Of a stretch of DNA of 64,000 nucleotides, positions 45,691 through 56,100 are shown in pieces. Numbering within the stretch: position 1 is the stretch's first letter; every line of letters starts with the position of its first letter. The notes beneath the pieces were generated by a model that searched no databases, was not told the DNA's origin, and saw only the letters and a list, made by a program, of their open reading frames with translations. The stretch is taken from assembly GCA_043803765.1 (NCBI GenBank), contig JAZDJQ010000012.1:1165-65164 (forward strand). Reading direction: 5' to 3'. Source of the DNA: Candidatus Iainarchaeum sp. (lineage in GTDB: Archaea > Iainarchaeota > Iainarchaeia > Iainarchaeales > VGJJ01). A program made the translations under genes and the position numbers.

Positions 45691-48095
45691 ATCTTGTTTT
45701 TTTTACCTTTTTTCTTTCCTTTTTTCGCAGGCCATTTTTTAGTTGGTTCGTTTTCTTTTATCGTCTTTTTGGTCAGGAGGGTTTCATTTTTGGGTCTCTT
45801 TTCGTTTCCTCTCAATTCGGCGGATGCTTTCCTCAATTTTTTTCCTGTTTCCCTCATCTGTTGGGAATAATTCCCTGATATTTCTTCAAATGCTTCTTTT
45901 GAAAGCAGTCCGTTTGCATGTTGATAGGCTGCATGGCGTAATCCTTGTTTAGCTGCAAATAGTCGTGCTTCAAGTTCGTCTACCTGCTGTAAGATGCGTG
46001 AGTTAATGGCAGGAAGTGTTACATCCAATTCATTTGGTGCATCCGCACGTTTACCCCAATCCATTTTTTGGATGCGCCCGCTATAGGATACGATTAGCAC
46101 GACTGCCAGGAAGAGAACGATTATTCCTAATATCCATTCTAATGGTATGGGATTGCCATTCGATGTCTGGATGAGGACGCTTCCTTTTCCTTCGCCATTA
46201 ATCGAAATGGGTATTGTTCCTCCATTTCCATTGCCAACGGGGGAGGCAATTCCATTAAGTAAAGTAAATCGTGATTCGGGTAGCGTGGCGTAGTACTCTT
46301 GCACGTCTTTTGTTACCTCGTATGTGTTTTCAGCCAACAATATGAGGGATAGACCGCTGCTCAAACTGCTCGCAGCGACTGCTCCTTGATTTTTTTCCAT
46401 GTAATAATTTGCCGAGTTAAGGTAATACTTGGCATGATCCAAATAGAGGTTGGCCCACCCGTATTGCGTTGGTTTGTCTTTTAATTTAGTCTCCAATTGG
46501 GTTATTTTAGTTTCGAGTGTTTCTCGAACGTCTTTTTCTCCATCGGATTCGATAAGGATGGCATTAACGAGTGCTAGTGCGGATGCCGCGTTCATGGCAG
46601 CACTGAGGTGGTGCTCATTCAACTTGTCCATTTTTGCCGCGTTTAGTCTTCTTTCGGCATCAGCTCCTGTTCCATCTTGTATAAGGGTGAGTCCGTTCTC
46701 AGCATTCGTTAGAAAATCAGTATAATAATCCGCAAAAGGTGTCTGTGTCTTTAGTCCCTTCGTGGATTTTTCTACTCCTACGTTATAGAATTCGGAGCTT
46801 GATTCGTACCATGCGCGGGCAAACTCATAATCTTGTACGCGTGAAACCGCTTGAGCGTGCTCCGCGTCCTGTGTTGCCGCTTCAATGATTGAGATTTCCT
46901 TTAACTCTTCTAATTGTGTTTTTGCCCATGTTAATCTCTGTTGTGCGGCGATGTACCATTCTACTCCTTCGATAGGAACCGTCTTGTCGAATATTTTTTG
47001 CTGTTCCTCAATCTTGTCCAATAACGTATCCACCCATTCTTCTAATAGCCCATTCTCCATGTTGATTAGTTCAGAATTGTTTGATACATCTTCCACAAAG
47101 TAGGCATTCACTCTCGCGAGAAAAGCAAAGTTTCCTGCCGAATAGTGATACCCGTTCTGGGTGAGTAATTCTGCCTCATTGGCTGTTTTTTCGGAGTCGC
47201 TCACGCTGCGGGATAATACCTCGATTAATCCCGCGTCATCTAACAGGGTGTGATTCAGGGCATTCTGTGCTCGTTGGGTGGCATCTCGTGTTTGCTGGAT
47301 AAACAATGTATTGAGTTTTCCTAGTGCTTCGGCGGATGGGGAAGGAACTATCTTTTCTGGAATGTATACGGATTCTTCCGCCTCGGCTGTTTGTGAAATA
47401 TCAATACTTCCAATATCGGAATACGCGTATTTTAACACGTCATCCAGATTGCGTGTTTCAACTATTTTCATCCCCCACTCTTCCAATGCGTAATCGGGTA
47501 GAAAAATATTTTTTACTCCGTCGCTCATTTTTACGACCTGTCTTGATTCTCCTTCCGGAATTAGAAATAGTTTGACATTGCCTTTTGCTGCTTCTTTTGA
47601 TTTTTCGAAAATGCCTCCTACGGGTCCTACTTCTCCGGTGTGGGTGATGGTTCCAGTCAATCCCACGTTGGAGGGAATTTTTTTGTCTTGGAGTGAACTC
47701 ACAACAAGTAATGCCATTGCGCTTCCCGCGCTGGGTCCATCCACTACGCTTGCTTCTGAATCAATGGAGAAAAAATAATCATACTTGTCTACGTCGGGCG
47801 AGTAATTCTTGGCTAGTTTCACGGCTATTTTTTCCGTGCTTTGAGTGGCCGTTCCAACTAATGGACCGGATACGCTTGACCATACGGTTCCATTTCCGGG
47901 GACTAATTTCAGCATTAACTCTGCATCTAATGCCGTTCCGTCGGGTGCTACGGCAAAAACAGTAAGGGATTGATTGGGAATAATGGCATGTGCCGGTACG
48001 CTGAACGCAAGGACTCCCAGCAATGCCATCGCAAAAAGCAGGTATTTTCTCATTCTAAAAAGAGCGTTTTTCCCGTATATATAGTTTCTTCCCAA
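45687..48095 (-). CDS. Extracytoplasmic Lon-protease (S16) domain protein with signal peptide, long helical region, C-terminal TM anchor and K-rich tail. No AAA+ module
   Basis: Signal peptide MRKYLLFAMALLGVLAFSVPAHA. Lon proteolytic domain VDGPSAGSAMALLVVSSL...LTGTITHTGEVGPVGGIFEKSKEAAKGNVKLFLIP, with the catalytic Ser in DGPSAG and a downstream Lys. C-terminal TM (LEWILGIIVLFLAVVLIV), then KKWPAKKGKKKGKKNKI. The track start is TTG; the probable real start is ATG at about 48053. Candidate TATA tatatata lies about 25 nt upstream of it. Confidence 0.65.
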   Translation of the reverse strand: MGRNYIYGKNALFRMRKYLLFAMALLGVLAFSVPAHAIIPNQSLTVFAVAPDGTALDAELMLKLVPGNGTVWSSVSGPLVGTATQSTEKIAVKLAKNYSPDVDKYDYFFSIDSEASVVDGPSAGSAMALLVVSSLQDKKIPSNVGLTGTITHTGEVGPVGGIFEKSKEAAKGNVKLFLIPEGESRQVVKMSDGVKNIFLPDYALEEWGMKIVETRNLDDVLKYAYSDIGSIDISQTAEAEESVYIPEKIVPSPSAEALGKLNTLFIQQTRDATQRAQNALNHTLLDDAGLIEVLSRSVSDSEKTANEAELLTQNGYHYSAGNFAFLARVNAYFVEDVSNNSELINMENGLLEEWVDTLLDKIEEQQKIFDKTVPIEGVEWYIAAQQRLTWAKTQLEELKEISIIEAATQDAEHAQAVSRVQDYEFARAWYESSSEFYNVGVEKSTKGLKTQTPFADYYTDFLTNAENGLTLIQDGTGADAERRLNAAKMDKLNEHHLSAAMNAASALALVNAILIESDGEKDVRETLETKITQLETKLKDKPTQYGWANLYLDHAKYYLNSANYYMEKNQGAVAASSLSSGLSLILLAENTYEVTKDVQEYYATLPESRFTLLNGIASPVGNGNGGTIPISINGEGKGSVLIQTSNGNPIPLEWILGIIVLFLAVVLIVSYSGRIQKMDWGKRADAPNELDVTLPAINSRILQQVDELEARLFAAKQGLRHAAYQHANGLLSKEAFEEISGNYSQQMRETGKKLRKASAELRGNEKRPKNETLLTKKTIKENEPTKKWPAKKGKKKGKKNKI

Positions 48096-48147
48096 ATTCC
48101 GCCAAAAAGCGTTCGTGTGAATGAAATGAATCCCGTTCCTTTCATGT

Positions 48148-49107
48148 TCACTCTTTTAATCCGTGTCCGCACAACAAGGCGATCGTGTTTCCCTTCCAAT
48201 CATAATCTTCCACAACCGCTTGCACGGCGGCTCCTGAATATTCTGCGTATAATCCTTCCGTTTTAGCTAGGCTTATTTTGCTTTCTTTCATTCTTTTTTC
48301 ACTCACTGCTAGTATTTCTCCTTGTGTTTCATGCACGGCGGCGAGTGCTTCGCTTCCATAAATGGGGTTTCCGCATTCGATGGCGCCTGCTACCGTGTGC
48401 GGGTTGTGCAGGGGTTTGAGCGCATACGTGCTTTTTTCCCATGCCGAAACCAATGGTGCACAATTTTCTGCTTGCACGCCTACTAGTCGTGGAAACGATT
48501 TTATTTTTTTTAGTTTTTTGAGTTGAAATAATCCTGCGTGCAGCGCGGTAATAAGTGTTCCGTTTCCAATGGGGCAAATAATCTGGTCTATTTTTTTTCC
48601 TTTCATTTGTTCGACTAATTCTAATGCTATTGTTTTCTGTCCTTCCATTCGCAATGGATAATCTCCCGTGAGCATGTATCCTTTTTTTGTTGAGGCAATC
48701 TCCCATGTTTTTTTGAGTGCTTCATTATAATCTCCTTGTACGCGTACGAGTTTTGCCCCATATGCTTTGATTTGAGTAATTTTGTTTTCAGGCACATGAT
48801 GCGGAACGCAGATCGTAGCATGTATTCCTGCTCGTGCAGCGTATGCTGAAATGCTTGCTCCCATGTTTCCCGTGCTGGCGCAGACCACTTTCCTGAATCC
48901 GTTTGAAATGGCGTGAGAAATCTCCACCGTGCTTCCTCGGTCTTTGAAACTGCCGGTAGGATTGGCATACTCTATTTTGTAGGAAACGCCCTTCCATTTC
49001 GTGCTTGCAACAAGGGGGGTGTTTCCCTCGTTCATTGAGATGATTTTCCTAGGGGTAGGTAAAAAGTAGGAAAATCGCCATATGGAGGAAGGGGGAAACG
49101 GGGGCAT
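48148..49107 (-). CDS. thrC: Threonine synthase (PLP-dependent, short form)
   Basis: GNTPLV...NPTGSFKDRGSTVEISHA...VCASTGNMGASISAYAARAGI is a ThrC-type PLP fold. Probable start at MNEGNTPLV (about 49035). Confidence 0.6.
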   Translation of the reverse strand: MPPFPPSSIWRFSYFLPTPRKIISMNEGNTPLVASTKWKGVSYKIEYANPTGSFKDRGSTVEISHAISNGFRKVVCASTGNMGASISAYAARAGIHATICVPHHVPENKITQIKAYGAKLVRVQGDYNEALKKTWEIASTKKGYMLTGDYPLRMEGQKTIALELVEQMKGKKIDQIICPIGNGTLITALHAGLFQLKKLKKIKSFPRLVGVQAENCAPLVSAWEKSTYALKPLHNPHTVAGAIECGNPIYGSEALAAVHETQGEILAVSEKRMKESKISLAKTEGLYAEYSGAAVQAVVEDYDWKGNTIALLCGHGLKE

Positions 49108-49626
49108 ATGCCCCTTTCAACCAAGCAGGGGTTAATGAGCTTGTCGCCAACCCTGTCCTTTTTTATTGGTGAAAAACGTCCCCCTTGCTCTATGTCTGGA
49201 AGAATACCTCCTCGGGAGCAAATAACATCCGCTCGGCGAAATAAAATGATTAATGCTCTTCAATCGCGTAAAGAGGAAACATTCAGGAAGAGAGAAGAAG
49301 CAACCCTGCGTGATAGGGGAATTACGATTGCTTTATTGGCGGCTCATGAAGGGTATCGTTGGTTGAAACGGGATGATCCTCGTTATAATGTTCAATCCAA
49401 GCGCATTTATGACCTTTTCAAAAAGCGTGAGGCGGTGGCGTATTTTCGAAATCCTGATTCGATAGCGGGGAGAAACTTTTTGACCGTGTTGAAAAGTACG
49501 TTGAGGCAGAATGGTGAAAGTCCAAGAGCTGCTAATGACCGTTTGATAAAATTTCTTTTTCATGTTAACCGTTTTCGTAAAGAAATTCTTCTTGGGTGGA
49601 GAAGAAAACTCGTTACTCGTGCGTGA
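49108..49626 (+). CDS. Hypothetical basic protein
   Basis: 172-aa ORF between convergent/divergent neighbours with no motif. Coding status uncertain. Confidence 0.2.
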   Translation: MPLSTKQGLMSLSPTLSFFIGEKRPPCSMSGRIPPREQITSARRNKMINALQSRKEETFRKREEATLRDRGITIALLAAHEGYRWLKRDDPRYNVQSKRIYDLFKKREAVAYFRNPDSIAGRNFLTVLKSTLRQNGESPRAANDRLIKFLFHVNRFRKEILLGWRRKLVTRA

Positions 49627-51271
49627 ACCATAATTTGGTTTCATTTTCTTTTTTCTCATCAATGCGGCAATACCCATAGTTTGAAAATTGAATTTCCGTA
49701 CCTACTCCTAATTCATTTATTTTTTCTCCCGCCATTCCATAGTCAATACTGCTGTCAGGTTGGGTAATGGCCACACTCACTCCATGTGTTAGCCAGTTAG
49801 TTTGAGTTGTGTTCTCCAATCGTGCAATGCTTACGAATTGGGCGTTTATTTTCCATTCGTCCATACTATTAATTTTCACAATGTAGGCGTTGCGCAGGCG
49901 CAGGGTGCTTCCTATTCTCCATTTTTTTGTATCTTCTTTGCTTACATAAAATGCTTGTGTTCCTGATTTCAATTCTTTTTTTTCTCCATCCATTTCTATC
50001 ATTAATTCGGGAACAAAGTCCACGTCTAATTGAATAGGGTTTAGGATAAATGGAATCATAGGGCTGTTTTCAACATATTTTCGGTTGTAGTTCGCCAAAA
50101 TATCAATACTTAATCGCGTGTCACTCGTTTTTACTCCTAAGTCTACCATCATGTCCACAAATGCATGGGGATTGAATCCTTTTCGTCCGAGCGATTGTAC
50201 CGTAAAAAGCCGGGGGTCATCCCATCCTGAATATTTTCCACTTGCTATTCCTTCAATCATTTTGCTTTTGCTTAATTCGGCTCCTTCCAGTGATAGTTTT
50301 CCGTGGTGAAACGTGTGCGGGTAGGTCCATCCGAAGTGCCGATATAGCCATTTCTGCTTTTTTACATTGGATGTGTGCTGTTGTCCTCGTATGATGAGGG
50401 TTACTCCCATCAAGTGGTCATCAATCGCGGCAGCAAAATTGTATCCGGGCCATACGAATTTGTCCTTTATCTTGTAGTGCTGGGGTTTATCCACTATTTT
50501 GGCTGCCCACCAGTCTCTTTCTGCCGGGTCTTCCGCGTTCATGTCTGTTTTGATGCGCAAAACAGCTTTCCCTTCTTTGTATTCGTGTTGGAACATTTTT
50601 TCGAGTCTTTTTTTTTGTTCGGTTGGTTCTAATGAACGGCAGGGGCATGGTTTCTTGTTGAGCGTGTTTTTTTTCCATTTTTCCCTTTCGCACGTGCACA
50701 CGTAGGCGTTTCCCATTTCGATGAGTTGGTGCATGTAATCATAGTAAATTTCCAGTCGGTCGGATTGTCGTACGATTTTGTCAGGGGGGCAATGTACCCA
50801 TTCTAAGTCATGCAGGAATAATTCTTCTACTCCTTGCATGGGTTTTTTTATTTTGGGGTCCGTGTCTTCAAATCGGAGGATGAATTCTCCATTGTATTTT
50901 TTTGCATACAAATAACTCAGAATGGCCGGTCTCATATTTCCGAGGTGGGCGGGGGCATTGGGGTTGGGTGCCCATCGTGTGATGACAGGTTCATTCGTTG
51001 TCCATTCCAAATCCAATAATCCCACTTTTTTGTCGGGTATTTTGAGTTCGAATCCTTCTGCTTCGAATTTTTGGTATTCTTCCCTAATCTCGGTTAATCC
51101 CATCCTGTTTACTTTTTCTACTGTTTTTTTTGCAATGGGAACCATTTCTTTTACGTTTTCATCAGGATAGAGTGCTTTTATTTTTCCTATTACTGCTGCG
51201 ATATCCGCTTTTCCGTGGTGGTCATAGGCATTCCGGATAGCATAACGATAGGCATCGTGTTCCATAGTCAT
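49613..51271 (-). CDS. gltX: Glutamyl-tRNA synthetase, archaeal type
   Basis: Class I HIGH motif (APNPNAPAHLGNMRPAILSY...FILRFEDTDPK), KMSKS-like LSKSK, 552 aa with an archaeal-type C-terminal anticodon-binding domain. Confidence 0.85.
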   Translation of the reverse strand: MTMEHDAYRYAIRNAYDHHGKADIAAVIGKIKALYPDENVKEMVPIAKKTVEKVNRMGLTEIREEYQKFEAEGFELKIPDKKVGLLDLEWTTNEPVITRWAPNPNAPAHLGNMRPAILSYLYAKKYNGEFILRFEDTDPKIKKPMQGVEELFLHDLEWVHCPPDKIVRQSDRLEIYYDYMHQLIEMGNAYVCTCEREKWKKNTLNKKPCPCRSLEPTEQKKRLEKMFQHEYKEGKAVLRIKTDMNAEDPAERDWWAAKIVDKPQHYKIKDKFVWPGYNFAAAIDDHLMGVTLIIRGQQHTSNVKKQKWLYRHFGWTYPHTFHHGKLSLEGAELSKSKMIEGIASGKYSGWDDPRLFTVQSLGRKGFNPHAFVDMMVDLGVKTSDTRLSIDILANYNRKYVENSPMIPFILNPIQLDVDFVPELMIEMDGEKKELKSGTQAFYVSKEDTKKWRIGSTLRLRNAYIVKINSMDEWKINAQFVSIARLENTTQTNWLTHGVSVAITQPDSSIDYGMAGEKINELGVGTEIQFSNYGYCRIDEKKENETKLWFTHE

Positions 51272-51311
51272 AGTTTCAATTCAATTCCTTTTTCCTTAAT
51301 AGGAATTTCCC

Positions 51312-52055
51312 TCATTTTTCCCAGTTGGTATCAAATGTTTGTTCCAACGCACGGGCAAGAGGAGTATTTTCTGGCCATATTGCAAAATGATATTCGGGTT
51401 TCTCCTGTTTCATATCCGATAACAGCATCACTACTTTTTTTCCATCCATCACATAGGCGTGCAATCCGTGTTTTGCGTCTTGTAATTCAATGTTGTCTAC
51501 TTTCTGCATTTTTTCCTTGAATTCTTCGGGGTGTTCTCCTGCCAGCCGTATTTTAACATTTCGTGTTGCTGCTTTTTGTAATGCGTGATGAAGCAAGTGA
51601 TGATGCATATCCAGTCGTGTTAGTCCGGTGATGCGCTCGTTTGTTGAATCTATTTCTTGGGCTAGTATTTTGTAAAAGTCGGTTCGTGATTTGACTTTGA
51701 GTATTTTTTCTTCGATGGACGCAGCCTGATTTTCAGGCTGTTTCAATTGGGTTATCCATTCTTTTGCTTCCGTCTGAAGAGTGTCTAATTGGTTTTGCCT
51801 CTCCCCTACCAGTTTGTTGAATGATTCTTGGGGGGACATGGCGCGGTATTTCTTTGGGCGCGTGGCGACTTCAACGGCGAGCCCCTTCTGTATGAGTCCG
51901 CCTAATACATCATACACGCGTGTTTTAGGTACACCTGACTCACTTGCAACGAGCGGAGAGTCTGCTTCTTTTAATCGAAACAATGTACCCATGACTTTGG
52001 CTTCATACTCGGTAAGGCCCATTTTGGTCAAAAAAGATTCTACACGTTGGTTCAT
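51312..52055 (-). CDS. TrmB-family transcriptional regulator
   Basis: N-terminal wHTH ...LGLTEYEAKVMGTLFRLKEADSPLVASESGVPKTRVYDVLGGLIQKGL..., 247 aa. Confidence 0.8.
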   Translation of the reverse strand: MNQRVESFLTKMGLTEYEAKVMGTLFRLKEADSPLVASESGVPKTRVYDVLGGLIQKGLAVEVATRPKKYRAMSPQESFNKLVGERQNQLDTLQTEAKEWITQLKQPENQAASIEEKILKVKSRTDFYKILAQEIDSTNERITGLTRLDMHHHLLHHALQKAATRNVKIRLAGEHPEEFKEKMQKVDNIELQDAKHGLHAYVMDGKKVVMLLSDMKQEKPEYHFAIWPENTPLARALEQTFDTNWEK

Positions 52056-52133
52056 TTTATTACCCGAAGCAGTGAGTTAAGGATGATTTGTTCACTGGGG
52101 TATTTAAACCTGTTTTCACGCTCAACGGAAACC

Positions 52134-52508
52134 CTAATGCGGAGGGTGATGCGTCTCCCCATGCCCCCCTTCCTCTTGTCCAAATCCTAGGAAGTCCCTC
52201 GCACTTGTCACAATAAGTGTTCCCCCTACGAGGGTGAATACGGTTGCTACAAACCATAAGGATGCGAATAAGTCCCCATATTTGAACACCATAAAGTAGA
52301 CTAATATGCCAGTAATGAGTAATGTTAGCGTCCCGTTTCCTTGCATCATTTGGGTTACGAATGAGTAGATGGAAAATATCAATACGACTTTTAACACTAA
52401 ATCCGCTCCTGGAATAAAGGACGTAATAAGGAATGGAATGAGAAGCAAGATGAGGATGACGACTAATACTCCTATAATGAGGTTTCCTTTCTGATTGAGT
52501 ATCGTCAT
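52134..52508 (-). CDS. Small membrane protein with His-rich C-terminal tail (paralog of 52505-53107)
   Basis: Three to four TM helices then ...GQEEGGHGETHHPPH. The segment LVLKVVLIFSIYSFV aligns with LIMKVVGLLFIISFV of the neighbouring gene. The alternative 152-aa ORF in another frame (52060-52518) was rejected. Confidence 0.4.
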   Translation of the reverse strand: MTILNQKGNLIIGVLVVILILLLIPFLITSFIPGADLVLKVVLIFSIYSFVTQMMQGNGTLTLLITGILVYFMVFKYGDLFASLWFVATVFTLVGGTLIVTSARDFLGFGQEEGGHGETHHPPH

Positions 52509-53107
52509 TTTTGATCACCCCTTTTTCCTGCTGTTCTCCTTTGATGGGCTAGTCGTAATGCTCGCTCATATGCGGTGCGTTGTCCCTGCATTTCACGCGG
52601 GGATGGCGTTGAATGTCCTCGTTCATATCCTTGTTCATGTTCATTTCCATACTCGTGTTCTCGCCCTCTTCCATACTCTTGTTCCATTTCTTCATGCGGC
52701 TGCCTTTCTTCGTACTCTTGTTCTCTCCCTTGTTCACGATGTTGTTCATGCTGAGAAGGCATTTCCCTTTTTGCGCTTTTTCGATAGAGCACTCCCCCTA
52801 GGTTAAGAATAGGAGATCGAAATCCTCCGAGGAAGCTGAGATCTACAAGAATGTGAATAATTCCAAACATGGTGAGTAAGTACAAAAACAATGCTCCTCC
52901 AAATATTTTCCAGAAGTCGAATAGCAGGAATGAGGATAATCCGATAATGAGTCCTACCGACAAAATAGGGTGTTGAATGTGGGACCGGACAAAACTGATG
53001 ATGAAAAGCAGTCCTACTACTTTCATGATGAGTTCCAAGTCTCCCAAAATTCCCCCTATTTGGAGGAGCATCATTCCAAACAATAGGCTCATACTCTTTC
53101 TCCCCAA
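52505..53107 (-). CDS. Membrane protein with His/Glu/Gln-rich repetitive C-terminal tail
   Basis: Four TM helices then HEQHREQGREQEYEERQPHEEMEQEYGRGREHEYGNEHEQGYERGH, a quasi-repeat of E-H/Q-E-Y-G/E units. Confidence 0.45.
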   Translation of the reverse strand: MGRKSMSLLFGMMLLQIGGILGDLELIMKVVGLLFIISFVRSHIQHPILSVGLIIGLSSFLLFDFWKIFGGALFLYLLTMFGIIHILVDLSFLGGFRSPILNLGGVLYRKSAKREMPSQHEQHREQGREQEYEERQPHEEMEQEYGRGREHEYGNEHEQGYERGHSTPSPREMQGQRTAYERALRLAHQRRTAGKRGDQK

Positions 53108-53149
53108 CCGTTTAGGGAATTAAAGACCTTCCCTTTTTTTCAACAGATT

Positions 53150-56100
53150 TCATATGCACGTCTGGTTTGGAGTGAGTTTACTCATTATTTGGTCCATGCT
53201 GTTTGCCCCCATTGCCTGATAGAGCGCGTCGTCATTCCAATAAAATAGGGCTTCTACTCCATTATCATATACGCATACATCTCCTTTTGCTACCAAATCA
53301 AACACATCTTGGATGGAATCGACTACCTGACTGGGATTGTTATGTTCAACGGAAGATACTCCGTCTAAGAATTGGGTGGTAGTGAATGTAGGATAGTTGC
53401 TCGTGGCGAATTGGATTCCTTGTTTTTCCGCGCTTAGTGTGAAACTTCCATCTGTAGGAGTGTAAAACAATGTGTGAAGGTACGCGTTTCCACCCGTTGA
53501 GGCATACCCCCAGTCCTGCGCATACACGTATTGCCAATTAGTTAATTGTTCTTCGTTGTTAGCCCTTCTATCTGGTTTTTGATTGAATGCTATTGCACTA
53601 TCCATTCCTTCATAGTCCATGCACCCTTGAACTCCATCCCAATAATTGAGGGTTTCTCCTGTAATGACGGGTTCGCCTCCATCGGACAACGAATAATAAA
53701 CTGAAAATGGTTGGTTGGTTTGGGCGTGGGATACTTTGGCGATTAATGGAGTGGCAATGGATGGGGAAAATGCCATCGTGTAATCCCCCATTCCGGTAGG
53801 GGCGTTCACGTATAGCAGTCTTCCTCTTGTTTCAGGACGAGTATTGAGTTGGGTGATGCCCCTTTCAACCAGCGTGTGCAAAACGAATGAACCGTCTTTT
53901 TGCATATCATCATGCGTCTCCACGAAGCTGTCATTAATCTTAATGAACCCATTTTCGTGCGCATATTCCATCCCGTATCCTTCCCGTTGCATCACTCCAT
54001 TAACCAGTCCTACTTCCCCATCAATAGGAATGCGGTAGAATGGGCTGTTGATGATAGGCGTATCAAGTAAATAGAACTGGATTTTTATCTTGGCTTTTGG
54101 TTTTCCTCCCAAATCAAAGAACTGCCAATCATCCCCTTCTATTTCTACATCCATATCAATCGAATATTTTCCCGGAGTGTGAATATAGGTCTGTTCCCCA
54201 TACTTGTATACAAATTCGAGCGCGTTTTTCTTCTCATAGAACCTCCTATATCCCTTGTGTTCATTCGACCCTACAAACCACGGGGGCGCATCCGCGAATG
54301 ATATTTTGTTGTAATAATTCGCAAAGTCGTCCTTGAAGTCATCCGAGTACCCATCTGCCATAAGGTTGGCCGTGAAGTGAGTAAGCTTGTTGAGCGTTTC
54401 CACGTTTGGAACCGAGGGAGTGAAGATGACGTTCTTTTCGTTCACATATTGTCCGAATTCCTCATCATCTCCATCAATCCATTGATTTAGTGCAGGCTTC
54501 CCTCCTAATAGTTTGGTCGACTTGGGATACTCAGGGCAGTGCCCTATCGTCTTATTGACGTAATTATTCACGTTGACACTAAGGAATTGGACGACAGGGG
54601 ATTGCGTTCCATCGTCGGGTAATCCGAACACATACATGATATCGTATTTTTCGGCTGCAAGATTGGGGATACTGCATACGTATTCAGCCGTTTTCCCTGT
54701 ATCGATTGTTCCCACGGAAGTGCAGGAGAGGTCAATCGGCTTGGGTGCATTCTCATAATCGGTGGATAGGCTCTCCGCGAAAAGGTATATGATCATGTTC
54801 CCGTCGACGGGCATGAGAGTCCTGTTTTCGATGCTCGCAGTAAAAGTAATTTCGTTTGTTTTAGTGATGGAATAACCAATCCCTTTCACTCCTACTTTCT
54901 CATCCTTGATTATTTTGTTTACTTGTTTGAATACGGATTGGGGTTGAGAATTAGGGTTTGTGGGGCAATCAAACGTGTAATTGTTCGCTTCAAGGAATTC
55001 TTCTAATGCACGTAATCTTTTCATCAAGTCGATGTTGAATTGGGTGGCATCGCAGTATATTCCATTGGCGTTTTCTGCATCACAGGCTCCCATCGGAACG
55101 CCGTATTCCTCATCCCATCTCCAATTGTATGCTATTTTGGGTAGTATTTCTTCCCCAGTATTCCCTTGTATCGTTCCAGCGTTGCATGCTTCGGCATTGA
55201 CGTAAGGGAATGGCAGTGTTTGAGTGTGCTCGGCCGTTTTGAATTTGACATGGAATTTTTCTTCTCGTATGGTATCTTCCGTTCCATCACAACTCCCATG
55301 GTCTTCTTCCGGTCCAATCTTGTAGTTCTGGAATTCCCCGTTTACACAACTTACTTTCCCTTCTCCTTTGTGTTCCGCGTCCCCATGAATGTGTTCAGTG
55401 GCGCGCAGTGTAACAACCCCGAAAAGGGGAGTAGTGTTGGCATACCCTTCGATGTTAGTGAATCGCGCCCCTACGCTCTGTATTTCCTTCCCTTCGCCTT
55501 CTTCATCATCTCCATCTTCTTCTGTATCATTGAATATTTCTTGTTCATTGAGAACCCATTTTCCTTTGAAATGGGTGGAAATGTTAGAGGATAATTGGAC
55601 ATTGATCGCATCGGGTGGAAGAACGACTTCTTCTCCTTCCGTGATTCCCTTTAGATGAATAATATAATCATCCATATCCGTCACGGTGAAGAACATCTCG
55701 CACAGGTCCACGTCTTCCGCCATCATCATCGACACCAGTATTGCAACAATGATTCCAATGATGATGCATACCGGGCACCCCAGCATGAATGATAGTATCT
55801 TCGTGAGGATAGGTCCTGCTCCTGTCATCCCTCCAATCGTGCTGCCGAGTGAGGAGAAGGCATACGCTCCAACATTGGCAGCAGTCTGTGTAGCGGCGGT
55901 GGCAGTGGGTGCCAACGCGGCGCTTGCCAATTGGGGAACAATATAGCTGCTGGCTAATTGGGTCGCGGCCGTGGATACGGCGGTTCCGGCGGCCTGTCCC
56001 ACCCAGAATCCTTCATCCGTTTGTTGCGAGGATGTCATCCAGTGGCATACTGCGGCAGTGACGGATACTTTTTCTTTGTATAATCGGTTCAGCACGATCG

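Noticed and set aside
45630-45740. K-rich C-terminus of the Lon-domain protein encoded opposite the oligo-T terminator of rpl12, which could indicate a spurious extension
   Set aside because: The frame is continuous from the TM helix, and a positively charged cytoplasmic tail after a C-terminal TM is topologically sensible. It is retained as real but flagged for the convergent-transcription overlap.
48053-48095. N-terminal extension MGRNYIYGKNALFR of the Lon-domain protein
   Set aside because: The ORF track starts it at a TTG. The downstream ATG gives a textbook signal peptide, and a tatatata TATA-like box sits inside the putative extension. The extension is probably not translated.
52060-52518. 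152-aa ORF in an alternative frame of the small membrane protein locus
   Set aside because: The 124-aa frame (52134-52508) yields a clean TM protein paralogous to its neighbour. The 152-aa frame is Arg/His-rich with no features.
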